DNA of 64,000 nt from Okamejei kenojei (Eukaryota), in the NCBI GenBank assembly GCA_035221665.1, contig CM069164.1, positions 15,128,001 to 15,192,000 of the forward strand, read 5' to 3'. Positions 48,501 through 59,411 of this stretch are shown here, piece by piece (the stretch's first letter is position 1; the number at the start of each line of letters is the position of its first letter). Both the position numbers and the translations under genes were made by a program. Below the pieces are notes generated by a model, which saw only the letters and a program-made list of their open reading frames with translations, was not told where the DNA came from and did no database searches.

Positions 48501-49174
48501 CCTGCATAGAGGTACAGTGAAGAAACAGGCCCTTCGGCCCACCAAGTCCACAGCGACCATCAGTCACCCATTCACACTATTTCTATGTTATCCCACTTTC
48601 TCATCCATTCCCTACACACAAGGGGCAATTTTACAGAGGCCGATATGGAGGTCAATTAACCTACATACCTGAGGAAACACATGCGGGACCAGGGAGATTT
48701 TGCAAACTCCACACAGTCAGCACCCGAGGTCATAATCAAAGCCGGGTCTTTGGCACTGTGAGACAGCAGCTTTACCAGCTAAGCCACTGTATCATGTTCC
48801 TATCTAAAAGCCTCTTTAACACCACTATCATATTTGCTTGATTATAGAGAGAGGGAGGGGTGAAACCGTGGAGGGATTTGAAAACAAGGGTTTTGCAGAA
48901 GGACGAGCCGATTAAGGTCAGCGAGCAAACAGGTGATGGGCGAATGAGAACGTGTGAGAGTTGGATGCAAATGTTGACAGGAGCGGCAGGGTGGTGGGGG
49001 TGGGGGTGGGGTCAGGGAGGGGGCGGGCGGCTGGCCCGGTGAGCTGGAACGATGACCCATCACCTACCTTGCATGGCTGATTGCTGTCACCCAGTCATCA
49101 CAATCCTTCATGTCCTCCGTCCTCAGCTCCAGGGCTTTCTGAGCATCATGGCCAAAGTTTATTGTGAAATAATA
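12467..49174 (-). CDS. RASGRF1: Ras-specific guanine nucleotide-releasing factor 1, exons 2-27 (5'-partial; end of PH1, coiled coil, IQ, DH, PH2, REM, CDC25 domains)
   Basis: 26 exons with GT(GC)-AG boundaries join in phase into 1161 codons plus TGA. The peptides match recalled mammalian RASGRF1 ([65 protein letters not shown]). No exon 1 found in the window. Confidence 0.97.
12891..12959 (-). CDS. RASGRF1: RASGRF1 exon 26 (69 nt) [23 protein letters not shown]
   Basis: cag acceptor, gtcagt donor. Confidence 0.95.
13880..13987 (+). mobile_element. Very short CR1 3'-end copy of the same family as 2738-4339
   Basis: Near-identical to 4243-4339, with an (ATATGGTT)n tail. Confidence 0.85.
14842..14959 (-). 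CDS. RASGRF1: RASGRF1 exon 25 (118 nt) [39 protein letters not shown]
   Basis: RasGEF signature [13 protein letters not shown]; aag acceptor, gtatgt donor. Confidence 0.96.
15235..15417. mobile_element. hAT/Charlie-type MITE (183 bp) inserted in a Deu-domain SINE remnant
   Basis: Perfect 16-bp TIR CAGTGGTTCTTAACCT; 8-bp TSD GTCTAGAT at 15227-15234 and 15418-15425. Confidence 0.9.
15584..15663 (-). CDS. RASGRF1: RASGRF1 exon 24 (80 nt) [26 protein letters not shown]
   Basis: cag acceptor, gtatgt donor. Confidence 0.95.
15767..15964 (-). CDS. RASGRF1: RASGRF1 exon 23 (198 nt) [10 protein letters not shown]...[10 protein letters not shown]
   Basis: Inside ORF 15710..16012; AG/GT. Confidence 0.95.
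16664..16748 (-). CDS. RASGRF1: RASGRF1 exon 22 (85 nt) [28 protein letters not shown]
   Basis: cag acceptor, gtgagt donor. Confidence 0.95.
17647..17741 (-). CDS. RASGRF1: RASGRF1 exon 21 (95 nt) [31 protein letters not shown] (start of CDC25)
   Basis: In-phase aag acceptor after a pyrimidine tract (exact acceptor less certain); gtaagt donor. Confidence 0.88.
17833..17893 (-). CDS. RASGRF1: RASGRF1 exon 20 (61 nt) [20 protein letters not shown]
   Basis: tag acceptor, gttggt donor; homologous to TLTQEDPGDNQITLEEI. Confidence 0.9.
18472..18584 (-). CDS. RASGRF1: RASGRF1 exon 19 (113 nt) [37 protein letters not shown]
   Basis: tag acceptor; non-canonical GC donor AG|gcaagt fits the phase of exon 20. 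Confidence 0.92.
20095..20201 (-). CDS. RASGRF1: RASGRF1 exon 18 (107 nt) [35 protein letters not shown]
   Basis: AG/GT. Confidence 0.95.
20609..20714 (+). promoter_or_regulatory. Tandem array of 25-bp units, each a CRE (TGACGTCA) plus a GC box (GGGCGGG)
   Basis: Perfect CREs at 20609, 20634, 20659 and 20684; degenerate TGACCTCA at 20707. Function not shown. Confidence 0.6.
20718..20933. mobile_element. Palindromic (inverted dimer) pLTR element nested in the TIR transposon
   Basis: ~90-bp inverted arms 20718-20905 centred on cagtctg; hammerhead-like cores on both strands, each with one lesion. Confidence 0.8.
21274..21423. repeat. Near-perfect ~150-bp palindrome
   Basis: ttccatcccaattccga...cacatagaaa-g-tttctgtgtg...tcggaattgggatggaa, centred at 21346. 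Confidence 0.9.
22666..22831. other. Assembly gap (166 N)
   Basis: Run of N. Confidence 1.
23417..23587 (-). CDS. RASGRF1: RASGRF1 exon 17 (171 nt) [12 protein letters not shown]...RRMSLASA
   Basis: AG/GT; retains the RRMS PKA-site motif. Confidence 0.95.
24573..24698 (-). CDS. RASGRF1: RASGRF1 exon 16 (126 nt; 129 nt if the upstream AAG is used) [13 protein letters not shown]...SKNSS
   Basis: [16 protein letters not shown]-like segment; AAGTAG tandem acceptor, gtacgg donor. Confidence 0.9.
25398..25768 (-). CDS. RASGRF1: RASGRF1 exon 15 (371 nt) [16 protein letters not shown]...SGPSKG
   Basis: Inside ORF 25366..25824; tag acceptor, gtgagt donor. Confidence 0.95.
26232..26480 (-). CDS. RASGRF1: RASGRF1 exon 14 (249 nt) [16 protein letters not shown]...KKPISAIPA (REM)
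   Basis: Inside ORF 26228..26692; AG/GT. Confidence 0.95.
26850..27610 (+). mobile_element. Decayed Rex1/Babar LINE (RT to C-terminus)
   Basis: Degenerate QGFVLSP...YTHNCVA...KFADDTTIV and [19 protein letters not shown]. Confidence 0.75.
28149..28231 (-). CDS. RASGRF1: RASGRF1 exon 13 (83 nt) [27 protein letters not shown]
   Basis: cag acceptor, gtaagt donor. Confidence 0.95.
28753..28889 (-). CDS. RASGRF1: RASGRF1 exon 12 (137 nt) [19 protein letters not shown]...WTSDISQ
   Basis: cag acceptor, gtgagt donor. Confidence 0.95.
29647..30778 (-). mobile_element. Young CR1 LINE 3' portion (family with GTTTCTAT tail)
   Basis: [18 protein letters not shown] and ORF 29917..30477; (ATAGAAAC)n at the left end on the plus strand. 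Confidence 0.93.
30825..31305 (-). mobile_element. CR1 LINE 3' fragment (CTATGA-tail family)
   Basis: Similar to 52312-52800 and the reverse complement of 7575-7878. Confidence 0.8.
31665..31728 (-). CDS. RASGRF1: RASGRF1 exon 11 (64 nt) [21 protein letters not shown]
   Basis: cag acceptor, gtatgt donor, phase 0-1. Confidence 0.93.
33726..33886 (-). CDS. RASGRF1: RASGRF1 exon 10 (161 nt) [25 protein letters not shown]...KLHLTK (PH2)
   Basis: AG/GT, phase 1-0. Confidence 0.95.
34126..36023 (+). mobile_element. Young CR1 LINE (1.8 kb) with an 87-bp inverted duplication at its 5' end
   Basis: [28 protein letters not shown] motifs with a few stops and frameshifts; (GTTTCTAT)n tail; inverted arms 34126-34212 and 34228-34314. 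Confidence 0.93.
36250..36680 (+). mobile_element. Rex1/Babar-type 3' fragment
   Basis: [11 protein letters not shown] motif. Confidence 0.55.
37266..37384 (-). CDS. RASGRF1: RASGRF1 exon 9 (119 nt) [39 protein letters not shown]
   Basis: AG/GT, phase 2-1. Confidence 0.95.
38369..38478 (-). CDS. RASGRF1: RASGRF1 exon 8 (110 nt) [36 protein letters not shown]
   Basis: tag acceptor, gtgagt donor. Confidence 0.95.
38997..39190 (-). CDS. RASGRF1: RASGRF1 exon 7 (194 nt) [16 protein letters not shown]...LTYPMFQ
   Basis: DH-domain peptide; AG/GT. Confidence 0.95.
40999..41078 (-). CDS. RASGRF1: RASGRF1 exon 6 (80 nt) [26 protein letters not shown]
   Basis: DH-domain peptide; AG/GT. Confidence 0.95.
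41706..41959 (-). CDS. RASGRF1: RASGRF1 exon 5 (254 nt) [14 protein letters not shown]... (IQ motif, start of DH)
   Basis: IQ motif; overlaps ORF 41648..41872; AG/GT. Confidence 0.95.
42357..42449 (-). CDS. RASGRF1: RASGRF1 exon 4 (93 nt) [31 protein letters not shown]
   Basis: cag acceptor, gtaaga donor, phase 0-0. Confidence 0.93.
42742..42889 (-). CDS. RASGRF1: RASGRF1 exon 3 (148 nt) [19 protein letters not shown]...ERLKAE
   Basis: Inside ORF 42649..42993; AG/GT boundaries in phase. Confidence 0.95.
45745..46200 (+). mobile_element. CR1 LINE 3' fragment
   Basis: [10 protein letters not shown] motif; ctatgactccatg tail. Confidence 0.8.
46997..47800 (+). repeat. Degenerate 33-bp minisatellite (consensus ~AGTGCTGCACTGTCAGAGGGGCAGTACTGAGGG) derived from a Deu-domain SINE
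   Basis: About 16 units at 46997-47545 and about 3 more at 47690-47800. Confidence 0.8.
48510..48795 (-). mobile_element. HE1-like V-SINE
   Basis: Same head, V-domain and tail as the split SINE at 20438-21642. Confidence 0.8.
49068..49174 (-). CDS. RASGRF1: RASGRF1 exon 2 (107 nt) [35 protein letters not shown]
   Basis: cag acceptor, gtaggt donor; C-terminal part of PH1. Confidence 0.93.
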
Positions 49175-49649
49175 CTGTGGGAAGCAAAGGATCAAACATC
49201 TCAATCATCTCAGAGCAAGCACTCAGATAGAATGTACTCAAGGATGTTTCATCACATTACTGCCCACGACCTATCATCCCAAAGCTTTCGTCATTATCAC
49301 CAAATCCCATCCTCCCATTGCCAATTAAAAAAGCCAGCAGGCCCTTCATCCTGTGACCAGGGAATCCTGACGCCACCATATACCCCCTCCTCCCTGACTT
49401 CTTCACCAGAATTTTTATAATTAATAAATTACCATACAATGCTCAGCGCCATAATAAAACACACAAGTACTCAGTTTTGTTATTTCCCCTGCCTTTTTTG
49501 ATATTATACAGATTGAAAATTAGCAACAACTGTATGTAATCATCACAGTAACAATCGAGAAGAGAAAACCAAGTCCACGGCAAATCATAAGAAGCACTCA
49601 AACGGGTTAAGTTTCACTATAAATCATCATCGAAAGCCAGGAAGCTTTG

Positions 49650-49870
49650 AGTGTGCCCTGCACGGTCTGAGGGGCAGTGCTGAGAATGCCCCACACTGTC
49701 GGTGAGATCTGACTGAGGGTGCACCGCACTGTCGGAGGGACAGTGCTGAGGGTGCACCGCACTTTCGGAGGGGCTGGGCTGAGGGTGCACTGTCAGAAGG
49801 CCAGTGCTGAGGGTGCACCGCACTGTCAGAGGGCCTGGGCTGAGGGGTACTGCTTTGCTGGAGGAGCTGA
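49650..49870 (+). repeat. Variant of the Deu-derived minisatellite (GCACCGCACTGTCGGAGGGNCAGTGCTGAGGGT)
   Basis: About 6-7 tandem units. Confidence 0.75.
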
Positions 49871-49949
49871 GCAGAGAGAAAATATTGAAGGACCACAGCT
49901 CGATTGGTCAATGAGGGAATGTATCACTCTAGAATGCGCAGTACTTGGA

Positions 49950-50042
49950 TCTTCCCTCCATAGATGCTCTCTCACCCGCTGAGTTTCTCCAGCATTTTTG
50001 TCTACCTTTGATTTTCCAGCATCTGCAGTTCCTTCTTAAACA
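49950..50042 (+). mobile_element. 5'-truncated pLTR copy
   Basis: ccatagatgct...ctgagtttctccagc...atctgcagttccttctt; 13-bp flanking repeat ACTCTAGAATGCG at 49926-49938 and 50043-50055. Confidence 0.65.
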
Positions 50043-50799
50043 ACTCTAGAATGCGTAATACTCTGGATGGAGCTTTAAAGCAGGGCTCCATCTCTTCTCA
50101 GTTGTAAAAAAATTCCATGGTATTGCTTGGAAGAGCTGGTAAATTAGATTTATTGCCCAGGCCAAAAATGATCCCTCACTCAGTTTAGGAAGAATGAGCA
50201 GATTATTTGACTATTATAGCGCTTGCTGTGATCGAATTAGCTATTTGGTTTCCTACACTGCAACCGTAAATGCATTATTAAAAACCAGTTTAGTTGCTCT
50301 TTACTGTTTTGGAGCCTCTCAAAAGGGATGTGGAGGTTGCCTCCACTGAGAGGTAAGTATTTGAAATTGATGTAACTTTTCCAATCCAGTTATGAGATGT
50401 TGCCTGACCCACTGAGTTCCTCCAGCACTGTGTTTTGCTCACAATTCTTTACCAATTGATATTAAAACTTTAAAGGGCATTGCTCAGGGAAATGGAGTAT
50501 TCATGCAGGAATTGTTAAACAGCCGCTTCAATGGTTACTGGTGCCTAAATATTCACGAAACACCAGTCTCCTCTTAACTGGTACTCTTTCCGTCTAATGG
50601 AGTGAATGAAGTAAGGGTTCCACGTCCCAGCCCTCAGTCTTCAATAAGACTCATTCCTGTCACAGAAGGATAACACCCTCAGAATTTTAGACATGAAACA
50701 TCACACTGTAATAATCAGATACCAAGCATACACAGAACTGTAGGACCCTCCCACACGAACGTAGTATCATAAAAGCCAAATAGAGAGAGAGAGAGAAAG

Positions 50800-51640
50800 A
50801 GAGTTGGCGTTGTATGAATTTAACCTTTCACTGCAATGGAAGATTAGTGCTGCACTGATTAACTGAACAAACACCATTCGGTAAATAGCCTTAATTGGAA
50901 AAAGCTAGATTGAGATATGTATGAGAAAGCATGATGCACAATGTTTGCACTGGGGATTGAACTGTATTAGCGATTAGAAAATCCTTTTTGTAGACAATGG
51001 CCCTAATTGATGGGGATCATCGTGGGAATATTACTTGGTACATGTAGGAGGATGGAAAGAAGAGTTAATCTAAAATCAGACATTAGCCTTTTTTTGCTAG
51101 AGATTTAGAAATTAAAAATAAAAAAAAATATTCTTACAATTGTACAAGATATTGGTGAGGCTGCACTGATAATCCTGTTTTGATCCCCTTATGCAAAGAA
51201 AGAATATACCAGCATTGGAGGTGGTCTAGAAGAGATTCACATCAGAGAGTTTTCTAATCACAAAATTATTTCTTGGAAATTAGAAGAATGAGAGGTAATT
51301 TCATTGGAACATTTAAGATCCTAAGGGGTAGATGCCAGAGGGAAAGTCTTGATGAAGGGATTAAAGCTGTACGATATATGTCTGAGATGTGCAGGGATTT
51401 TTGTCTCAGAGAGTGGTGAATGTCTGGATTTCTCAAGTAGAGAGTCGCGGAGCTTAAAGTTTTGAAGGTGTTTAAAGAGAATGTAGACAGTTTTTTTTAA
51501 AGGATCAAGGAATTGAAGGCTATGGGGCACTGGCACTAAAAGGTGTTGAAACCAGGGCAGATCAGCCAGTATCATAGTAGAAGAGCAGGCTTGAAAGGCC
51601 TGGTGGCCTACTCCAGCTACTATCTATTTGCGTTCTTGTG
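50800..51640 (+). mobile_element. Old, decayed CR1 LINE
   Basis: Degenerate LYKILVR, RMRGNFIG and FLSQRVV motifs; ctactccagc tail. Confidence 0.65.
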
Positions 51641-52311
51641 GAATATTATACTAAAACCAGAAGAGGAAAAAATGTATCATTGGTTTTAACGCATTGCTAA
51701 CGCAAATATTTGATGTTACTTTAGTAAGGTAGCTAGAGAATGGAAGCAGAGGTCTGTCTATACCTCCACTCTGTTGCTATCTCTTGTACCACATGTTAAA
51801 TTGTCCTTTGGTAATGTCAGGGATGTCAATTGGAGAACTTGCTTCTTCCACAGGAGTCAGTGGATGGACAGTGGCACATATTGGCCTGCATAGTCATCAG
51901 CTGAACTTTTGATGCATCACTATTTGCAATGCCACTCTCTAGTTGTTGGGCTACTAGTCAGTAACAACAACACCAGACATTTGTACGACACAAGGACAAT
52001 TGCCCAAACACTTCTGATGAGCATTATCTCCCACTGACCCTCATATGGAGAAGTTTGCAGCAAAGGTGATGAGATATGATATGGTGAGATTGGCTTGCAC
52101 CTTACAGAAGTCTAGAGGTGAAAGAATCAAGGAAGAGAATTTCAGAGCTCAGAATAACAAAGCCGCAAGATAAGCAAGACCAGCATTGGCAGAATGATTA
52201 AATTCAGGAATGAATGGGAGTCTACAATAGGAGGAGTGTGGAGATCTCAAACAATTGCAGAAGTGGTTAATAGCAGATAACTGATCTTGGGAGACATCCC
52301 TGCTTTCAGTC

Positions 52312-53810
52312 ATAGATTCATAGAGTCATAGAATGATACAATGTGGAAACAAACCCTTCGGCCCAACTTGCCCGCACTGGCCAACATATCCCAGCTACAC
52401 TAGTCCCACCTGCTCACACTTGATCCATATCCCTCAAAAGCAGTCCTATACATGTACCTGTCTTTCTGTTTCTTAAATGATGGGATAGTCCCTGCCTCAA
52501 CTGCCTCCTCTCGCAGTTTGTTCCATACATCCACCAACCTTTGTGTGAAAAAGTTACCCCTCAGATTCCTATTAAATCTTTTTCCCTTCACCTTAAACCT
52601 ATGTCTTCTGTTTCTCGAGTCACCTACGCTGAGCACGAGACTGTGCATCTACCCGGTCTATTCCTCTTAATCTTATACACCTCTATAAGATCACCCCTCC
52701 TCCTCCTGCGCTCCAAGGAATAGTCCCAGGCCTACTCAACCTCTGTCTACAGCTCAGACCCTCGCCCTGACAACATCCTCGTAAATCTTCTCTGCAGCTT
52801 GACAACATCTTTCCTGTAACACAGTGCCCAGAACTGAACACAATACTCTAAATGCAGCTTCCCAACTTCTATACTCAATACTCTAGCTGATGAAGGCCAA
52901 TGTGCCAAAAGCCTTTGTGACCACCCAATCTACCTGCGACTCCACCCTCAAGGAACCATGCACCTGCATTCCTAGATCCCTCTGCTCTACAACACTACCC
53001 AGAGCCCTACCAGTCACTGTGTAGGTTCTGCCCATGTTAGACTTCCCAAAATGCAACACCTCACATTTCTCTGCATTAAATGTTATCAACCATTCCTCAG
53101 CCCACCTGGCTAATTGATCAAGATACTGCTGCAATTTTTCACAACTAATCTTCACTATCTGCAAAACTACCCACTTTTGTATCATCTGCAGACTTGCTAA
53201 TCTTGCTGTGTATGTTCACATCAATGATCCAAATCATTGATATAGATGACAAACAGTAACGGGCCCACCACCAAACCCTGAGGCACACCAGTAGTCACAG
53301 GCGTCCAGTCTGACATGCAACCTTCCACCATCACTCTCTGCTTCCTTCCATGAAGCTAATTTCCTTTCCATTCAACTATCTCTCCTTGGATCCCATGCGA
53401 TCTAACCTTCCAGAGCAGCCATTCATGCTGAATGCTGAATTTCTTGTACAACATCTACAGCTCTGCCCTCATCGAACGTTTTGGTCACGTCTTCAAAAAA
53501 CTCAATCAGATTTGTGAGACAGTACTTCATACATACAAAACCATGCTGACTATCCCTAATCAGCCCTTGTCCATCTAAATGCCTGTATATCCTATCCCTC
53601 AGAATACTCTCTAGTAACTTTTCAACTACAGATGTTAAGCTCACTGGCCTATAGTTCCCCACATTTTCCCTACATCCCTTCTTGAATAGAGGCACAACAT
53701 TTGCCACCCTCCATCTTGCGGCACCTCTCCTGTTTTTAAAGATGACTCATAAATTTCAACCAGGCTCCCGCAATTTCCTCTCTGGTTTCCCACAATGTCC
53801 TCGGATATAT
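52312..53810 (-). mobile_element. CR1 LINE RT-to-3' fragment
   Basis: ORFs 53423..53707 ([11 protein letters not shown]), 52883..53185 and 52400..52648 (GNFFTQR); CTATGA tail. Confidence 0.9.
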
Positions 53811-54849
53811 CTAAGTCCTCTAAAAGGAGTAATTCTCACCAAGTTTGACTTTTTCCAAATGCTAATTCTAAGAAATAGCACAGCTGGAGAGAGATCTAGT
53901 TCACATTTAACCTGCCATCTTTTCTTTTCACCATTGTATATATCCATAAGTGTATTTAAGCTTTAGAGAAAGCCCCATCAATACAATTCTTTCTTCAAGG
54001 AAATGGGAAAGAACATATGGACTGGGTCATGTGAGCAAGTGTGCAGAAGACTGATGCTGATTCTTCTTTGGAGAATACAGTCAATATTGTGTGGCTCTGA
54101 TTCACACTGGAAATGAAAAGTCTGAAAGGGCTTTTTGCAGAATGCAAAAATAGCATCTTTCAGTCGGGATGAACAATGTTTAGATCACAAAACTGCACAC
54201 TTCATGTTCTGAAGGAATGTGCAAGGAGCAATTCATGAATTATTAAGGGATTGCCACATTCCTGGCAGACGTCCCAGGTCATGTTTACTCACCTGCAGTG
54301 GCCGATATCTGTGAGATACCAATGAATTACAACTGTTACTGTAATTTAATAGCCATTTGTGGAATAGTTCATATAAGAAACAGGAGCAGGAGAAGGCCAT
54401 TTGACCATTCAATGCAGTCCCCCTGTGCCATAACTGGCCTTCAGTCTTAACTCACCATGCTCCCTTGCTATCTAGAATAAATTGAAAATGTAACATCCCT
54501 TCTCCTTCTATCCCCACCACACTCCCTAACCTTGCACCCCCAACACCATTTGTTCATTGGTACTAAGGCTTCAGAAGTGATATTAAATTGAGAACCTGTT
54601 TGGCTTTCAGGGAAGTCCAAGAGTTATTGCTGAACTAATCAGCTAAGACCACGGGTGACCTCCCGCTCTGCCGTACACCCCTCCCTCAACTTTCACTGCC
54701 AGATTTAACGTGTTTTTTTTAGTAAAAAACTAACTACAGAAGGAACAATGGGTGAGGCAGCACCTGTCTAAGGAAATGAGAGATAACATTTTGGGTCAGG
54801 ACACTTCTTCAGACTAATAACTTCTGAGTACCACCAACAATAAGACACC

Positions 54850-55390
54850 AATGAACTGAGAGATCTTTGGGTCTAAGGCCATGAAGTTTACTTGGAAATG
54901 GCAACACAGGTAAATAGGCTGGTGAAGAAGGCTTACGGCATGCTTGCTTTCATAGTCAAGGGGCATCTGATATATCAGTAGGGACATTATGTTGCAACTT
55001 TACAGGATCCTGGAGTATTGTGTGCAGTTCTGGTCACCACACGGTACGAGGGAAGATAGTGCAGAGGAGATTTAACAGGATGTTGCCTGGATTGGAAAAC
55101 TTTAGTTACGGGGACAGATTGTATAGGCTGGGCCTATTTTCCCCAAGTGTAGGAAGCTGAGGTAAATAGAGAGACTTGAGAGAGCTATATAAATTCTAAG
55201 AGGCATAGATAGAGTAAATAGTCAGAATCGTTATCCCATGGTCAGGGATTCTAAAACAAAAGGCAACTGGATTAGAGTGAGAGGAAGGAGTTTTTAGAGG
55301 GATTTGGTGGGAACTTTCTTTTATGCAAAGAGTGGGCTGATAGCTTGCTGACAGAGGGAGTAATGGAAATTACAACATTTCTGAACCTGC
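54850..55390 (+). mobile_element. Old CR1 fragment
   Basis: [10 protein letters not shown] motif. Confidence 0.7.
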
Positions 55391-55739
55391 AGTTCAGAAA
55401 TGTAGTCACTGATGCAATGAAACAAATTAAAATCACTTTATCAGGAGGAAAGGTCCAACAGTGTTTCTTCAAAGCAATGCTAAGACCATCTTTTACATCC
55501 ACCTTTGAGATGACTCAGAGTGGAACGATCCACAAGCAACTAATCCAGAGGGAAGAGTGCTGACAACTGAGTTACAGTTGTGGATCTGTCTATGGTTCAG
55601 TGAAAACATAATAGTTATTGTAAATGATCTACTTTATTTTAACATGATTTTCCTCCAAAAACATATTTTATTCATAAATTATAGTTATACTAACGGAATG
55701 TGACATTGGCATCATTCTCTGCGCTAAGTACAACATTAT

Positions 55740-56075
55740 CAGCACACCCTGGCCATTTTCACTTCTCCCCTTTGCCGTTGGGCAGAACATACAAAGTCTG
55801 AAACCACGTATCACCAGGTTCAAGTACAGGTTCCTCCCTGCTGTAATCAGACTATTAAACTGGCCTCTCATATGCTTTGGATACATTATTGATCTCCCAA
55901 TCTACCTGGTTGCAGCCCTTGCACTTTTTTTATCTGCACTTTCTCTGCACCTGTAATACTATATTCTGCATTCTGTTTTTTCTCTCTTTGATGTATTAAT
56001 GAACGGTATTTGCCTGTAAACAGTTTTTTGCTATATCTTGGTACTTATGACAATACTATTCCAATTCTATTAAAT
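55740..56075 (+). mobile_element. Rex1/Babar-type 3' fragment
   Basis: PLPLGRTYKSLK...VIRLLN motif. Confidence 0.6.
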
Positions 56076-59000
56076 AAGTATACAATATTTACAGCATGTG
56101 AATATTTTTCAGTTCCAGCCATTCTGACAGTGTGCTGTGGTGCGGGAACACCTATACTGAAGATTTCCTCCACCCCCTCCCGAGTCTTTGATGCAGCTAC
56201 AATAGACTTGAATACATCCCTCAGCTTATACTCCTGCACCTAGGAATGACCAACATGCTTCAAGTTGATATAAGTGCATCACTCATCAAGATGAAGATCT
56301 TTCAGCAGCAGTCAATGTTTGTCTTGGCATGTTTTCTATAATTTATGTAGAGTCTGTGGATTTAGGATGAGATTCGCCATGGAACCTATGGTATGATTAT
56401 GATCATAGTAAACATATTGAGAAATTTATGCATGCAATTTTTGTAACATTTTGCGCTAAGCACCGCATCACTTCAGCAATTGGCACATTGCACTTATTGA
56501 CTTGTTTACTGAGTCTGGAGACAGAGTTTAAAATTATCCAGCGTGTGGTTGATGACATCACCCAACAACAAGCAGCGCTGTCATGTACCCCGGGAGTTAT
56601 CAGATCTTACAACCACAATTGAGTGTAGGATTCAAAGAGGGCACTGCCTCTGTACATACGCAGCTTGGTACCTGTAGTGCCCACGCAAACCGAGGGTTCA
56701 TCATATCCCGTGATGTGAAGCTCAGAGCCCGTACTGAGGGAGCTTTAGATCTTTAACACTCTTTGCAAATTCGGCAGACATCATTTTTCTAGTCTCTTTA
56801 CCATAGGGACTGGTATAGACTTGTTGACAAAGCTTAATTAACAACTCTATCATCATTGTATCACATGGATGAGAGAAGGTGAACTAATTGGAACCCCATA
56901 TTTGACATATATGAACAGCAATTTCACTATTGCTATTGCACGTCCATTGAGTTTCTTGAGTGGGGAAGGAGTGAGGGATGTTATGTAAAAGTACCACAGT
57001 AAGCCACCAACAAACCATACGACCTGGTTAACAGTTAGTTCTCTTACTAAAAATTGTAAACTAGCAATTGCGATGCTGCAGTGTGTCATTCTGCTTGAAG
57101 CAACAAAGGGCATTTGGAGCAAAGCATTGTTCAAAATGTATTGCCTTAGTTCATTTGGAGTCAGAAAGATGTAGTTTTGGTTCTCTTCCCTGTCCTAACC
57201 AGTACTTACCCCTCAACTAACATCACTCGCATCACATAATCTGGTCATAAACACAGTGCTCTTTATGGGGGCTTGATATACACAAATAAAATGTTGTGTT
57301 TCCACAGTGACTGCACCAGGTCACATACAGAAAGTGCTGTGGCCTTTTCTGAGATGGGGAAGGTGCTAAATGTAACTACTTCCTTCAATTACATCTGCAG
57401 TTGGAAATGTAATCCTTAAACTATATCACTTCAGCAATAATGAGCAGTATTCATCACAGCAAACCTCCTTCCTCTCACTGCCATTAGTGAGCACACAAAT
57501 CGGTGTCCCTCTGGTCCTTCCATTTTATATCAAGAGCCGGAATCAGATGGACATTAATAGAAAATGGATTATTCCCAATGCAACAGCTTTCTCGTAAATG
57601 ATCTTGCCTCACAGATTAGGATCTAAAGCTGGCGCATTTTATCCATCAAGCTTACTGTTTTATCGGTATAATTATATTTAAGCACTTGGCTTCCTGTGGG
57701 ATTGCTTGTTGGCAGCATAGGGTCTATTGCACAGGTGTGGTGTTTACCTATTACGTTTGAATTGTGTTTCTGTGTGTGTGAGTGAGAGAGAGGGAGAGAG
57801 AAATATGAGGGAACATTAATTGTCTTGCGACCTGCACTTTCTCTGTTACTTTCCCTCTGCAGCCAGTGAGGGGATCCTGACGTGGACCAGCTGTAATTTA
57901 GACACATTCCTCACCAATTGTGCTGAGCTGATGTTTGACATCAGCCTGTATTCAACACTCGATAATAGTAACCACTGTTTCATGAAAGGAGAGGAATGTG
58001 TCTACATTTCAAATAGTTCTAACAAATACTGGATTATGGGTGCTATTTACTGTCATGGAGAAAATATTAACGAGTGAGTTGATTAAAAACAATTTATTTA
58101 TTTCAGTTACACGATGTTCTAGTTAATTATAGTACTGAATATCGTTTCCCTGGTAACCAATTAAAGATTTCCTAAATGTACTTTTATGTACTGGAGTGTA
58201 TTCTTCTGGCTCCTTGTAAGTGAATTATATCAGGAGAGACCATCTTTAGAAATCAGATGGTACTGGTACATTTCCACTAATGTATTCCTTTGATACTTTT
58301 CAAACAAACCTGCTGGACTGAAGTCCATTGTAAGTCATTTCCCATGCGCAGGCTATCACTAAATCTACATGTAATCATTTTGGCATATCTAATCCTATAT
58401 TTGTTCATGGTTTGTTAGGTCAGAACAAGAGATTGTTCACAATTCAATACTAATGTGACTGGAAGATATTTGCATCAGTCGGGCTCTTTGGTTAGCAGTC
58501 TGTCTACTGAGTTGAGGGGGGAGGGGGCGGGAGCTGTGGGAAATCACACTCTGGAACTATGGTACCAGCGAGGTCCTGTCTTTCAGCTGAGATGATCTGA
58601 GGACCTCTTTCACTGTGTAGGTGAACATTTTTTTTAAAGTAGGGAATTCCCCCTGGTGTCTGGTCAATATTTACTTCTATTTCATCATTTGGATTATTGG
58701 GTCATGATATCTGTATCAACTTACTGTGTACGGTCCGGTTACTGTGTGTCAACAGAACAACAATGACTATTTCAGGAGGACTTAATGCCAGGAATAGTCT
58801 TAGGGCATCCTGAGGAGGCGACAGACTCCCTGCTCTATTGTCACCAAGCATGCAATCCATCAGTTGCTGATTCCCCTCACCCCTGACCCTGCACAGTCAT
58901 TCCACTTGCATGTGGCTCCATGGCACTGGATGTCTTCCCATGGAATTTATACACCAGCGTGCAGTGCAGAGCTGCACAGCATACTGCTCCCACCTCACGC

Positions 59001-59380
59001 CACCGTCCCGCCCCATCAGTAGGTCTTCTCGTCCTTTCTATTAAACTTCTGCCTTAACACATTTCTGCTACTTGCTTCAACCACTTCCTTTGCGACTGAG
59101 TTGGCATTACAAGGTGGAACCATGACACCACTTTCTGACCAAATATATTTCTCCTGAATTTTCCATTGGACTCATTAATGACTAATTTATTGGGAGCTTT
59201 ATGGGAACTCTAATACAGCTGCTTAAAAGCTGGATCTCTAGCCCGGCAGTATTATGGATCTCAGCATTCTATTCCACTTCAGAAATCTGGGCCCGTGGAA
59301 GTGAGGAGAACCACAGTATATTGAGCAGATGCTAGTCATAACATCGCACGTCTACTGGCATTGATGTGTGGTATGACGGG

Positions 59381-59411
<31 letters not shown>

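Noticed and set aside
46997-49870. Analogy to the tandem repeats controlling mouse Rasgrf1 imprinting
   Set aside because: The rodent repeats lie upstream of the gene and are lineage-specific; these are intronic SINE-derived units, and nothing here indicates imprinting.
45745-52800. Oppositely oriented CR1 3' fragments flanking exon 2 as a second circRNA driver
   Set aside because: The copies are visibly diverged from each other and short; far weaker than the exon 10-11 pair.
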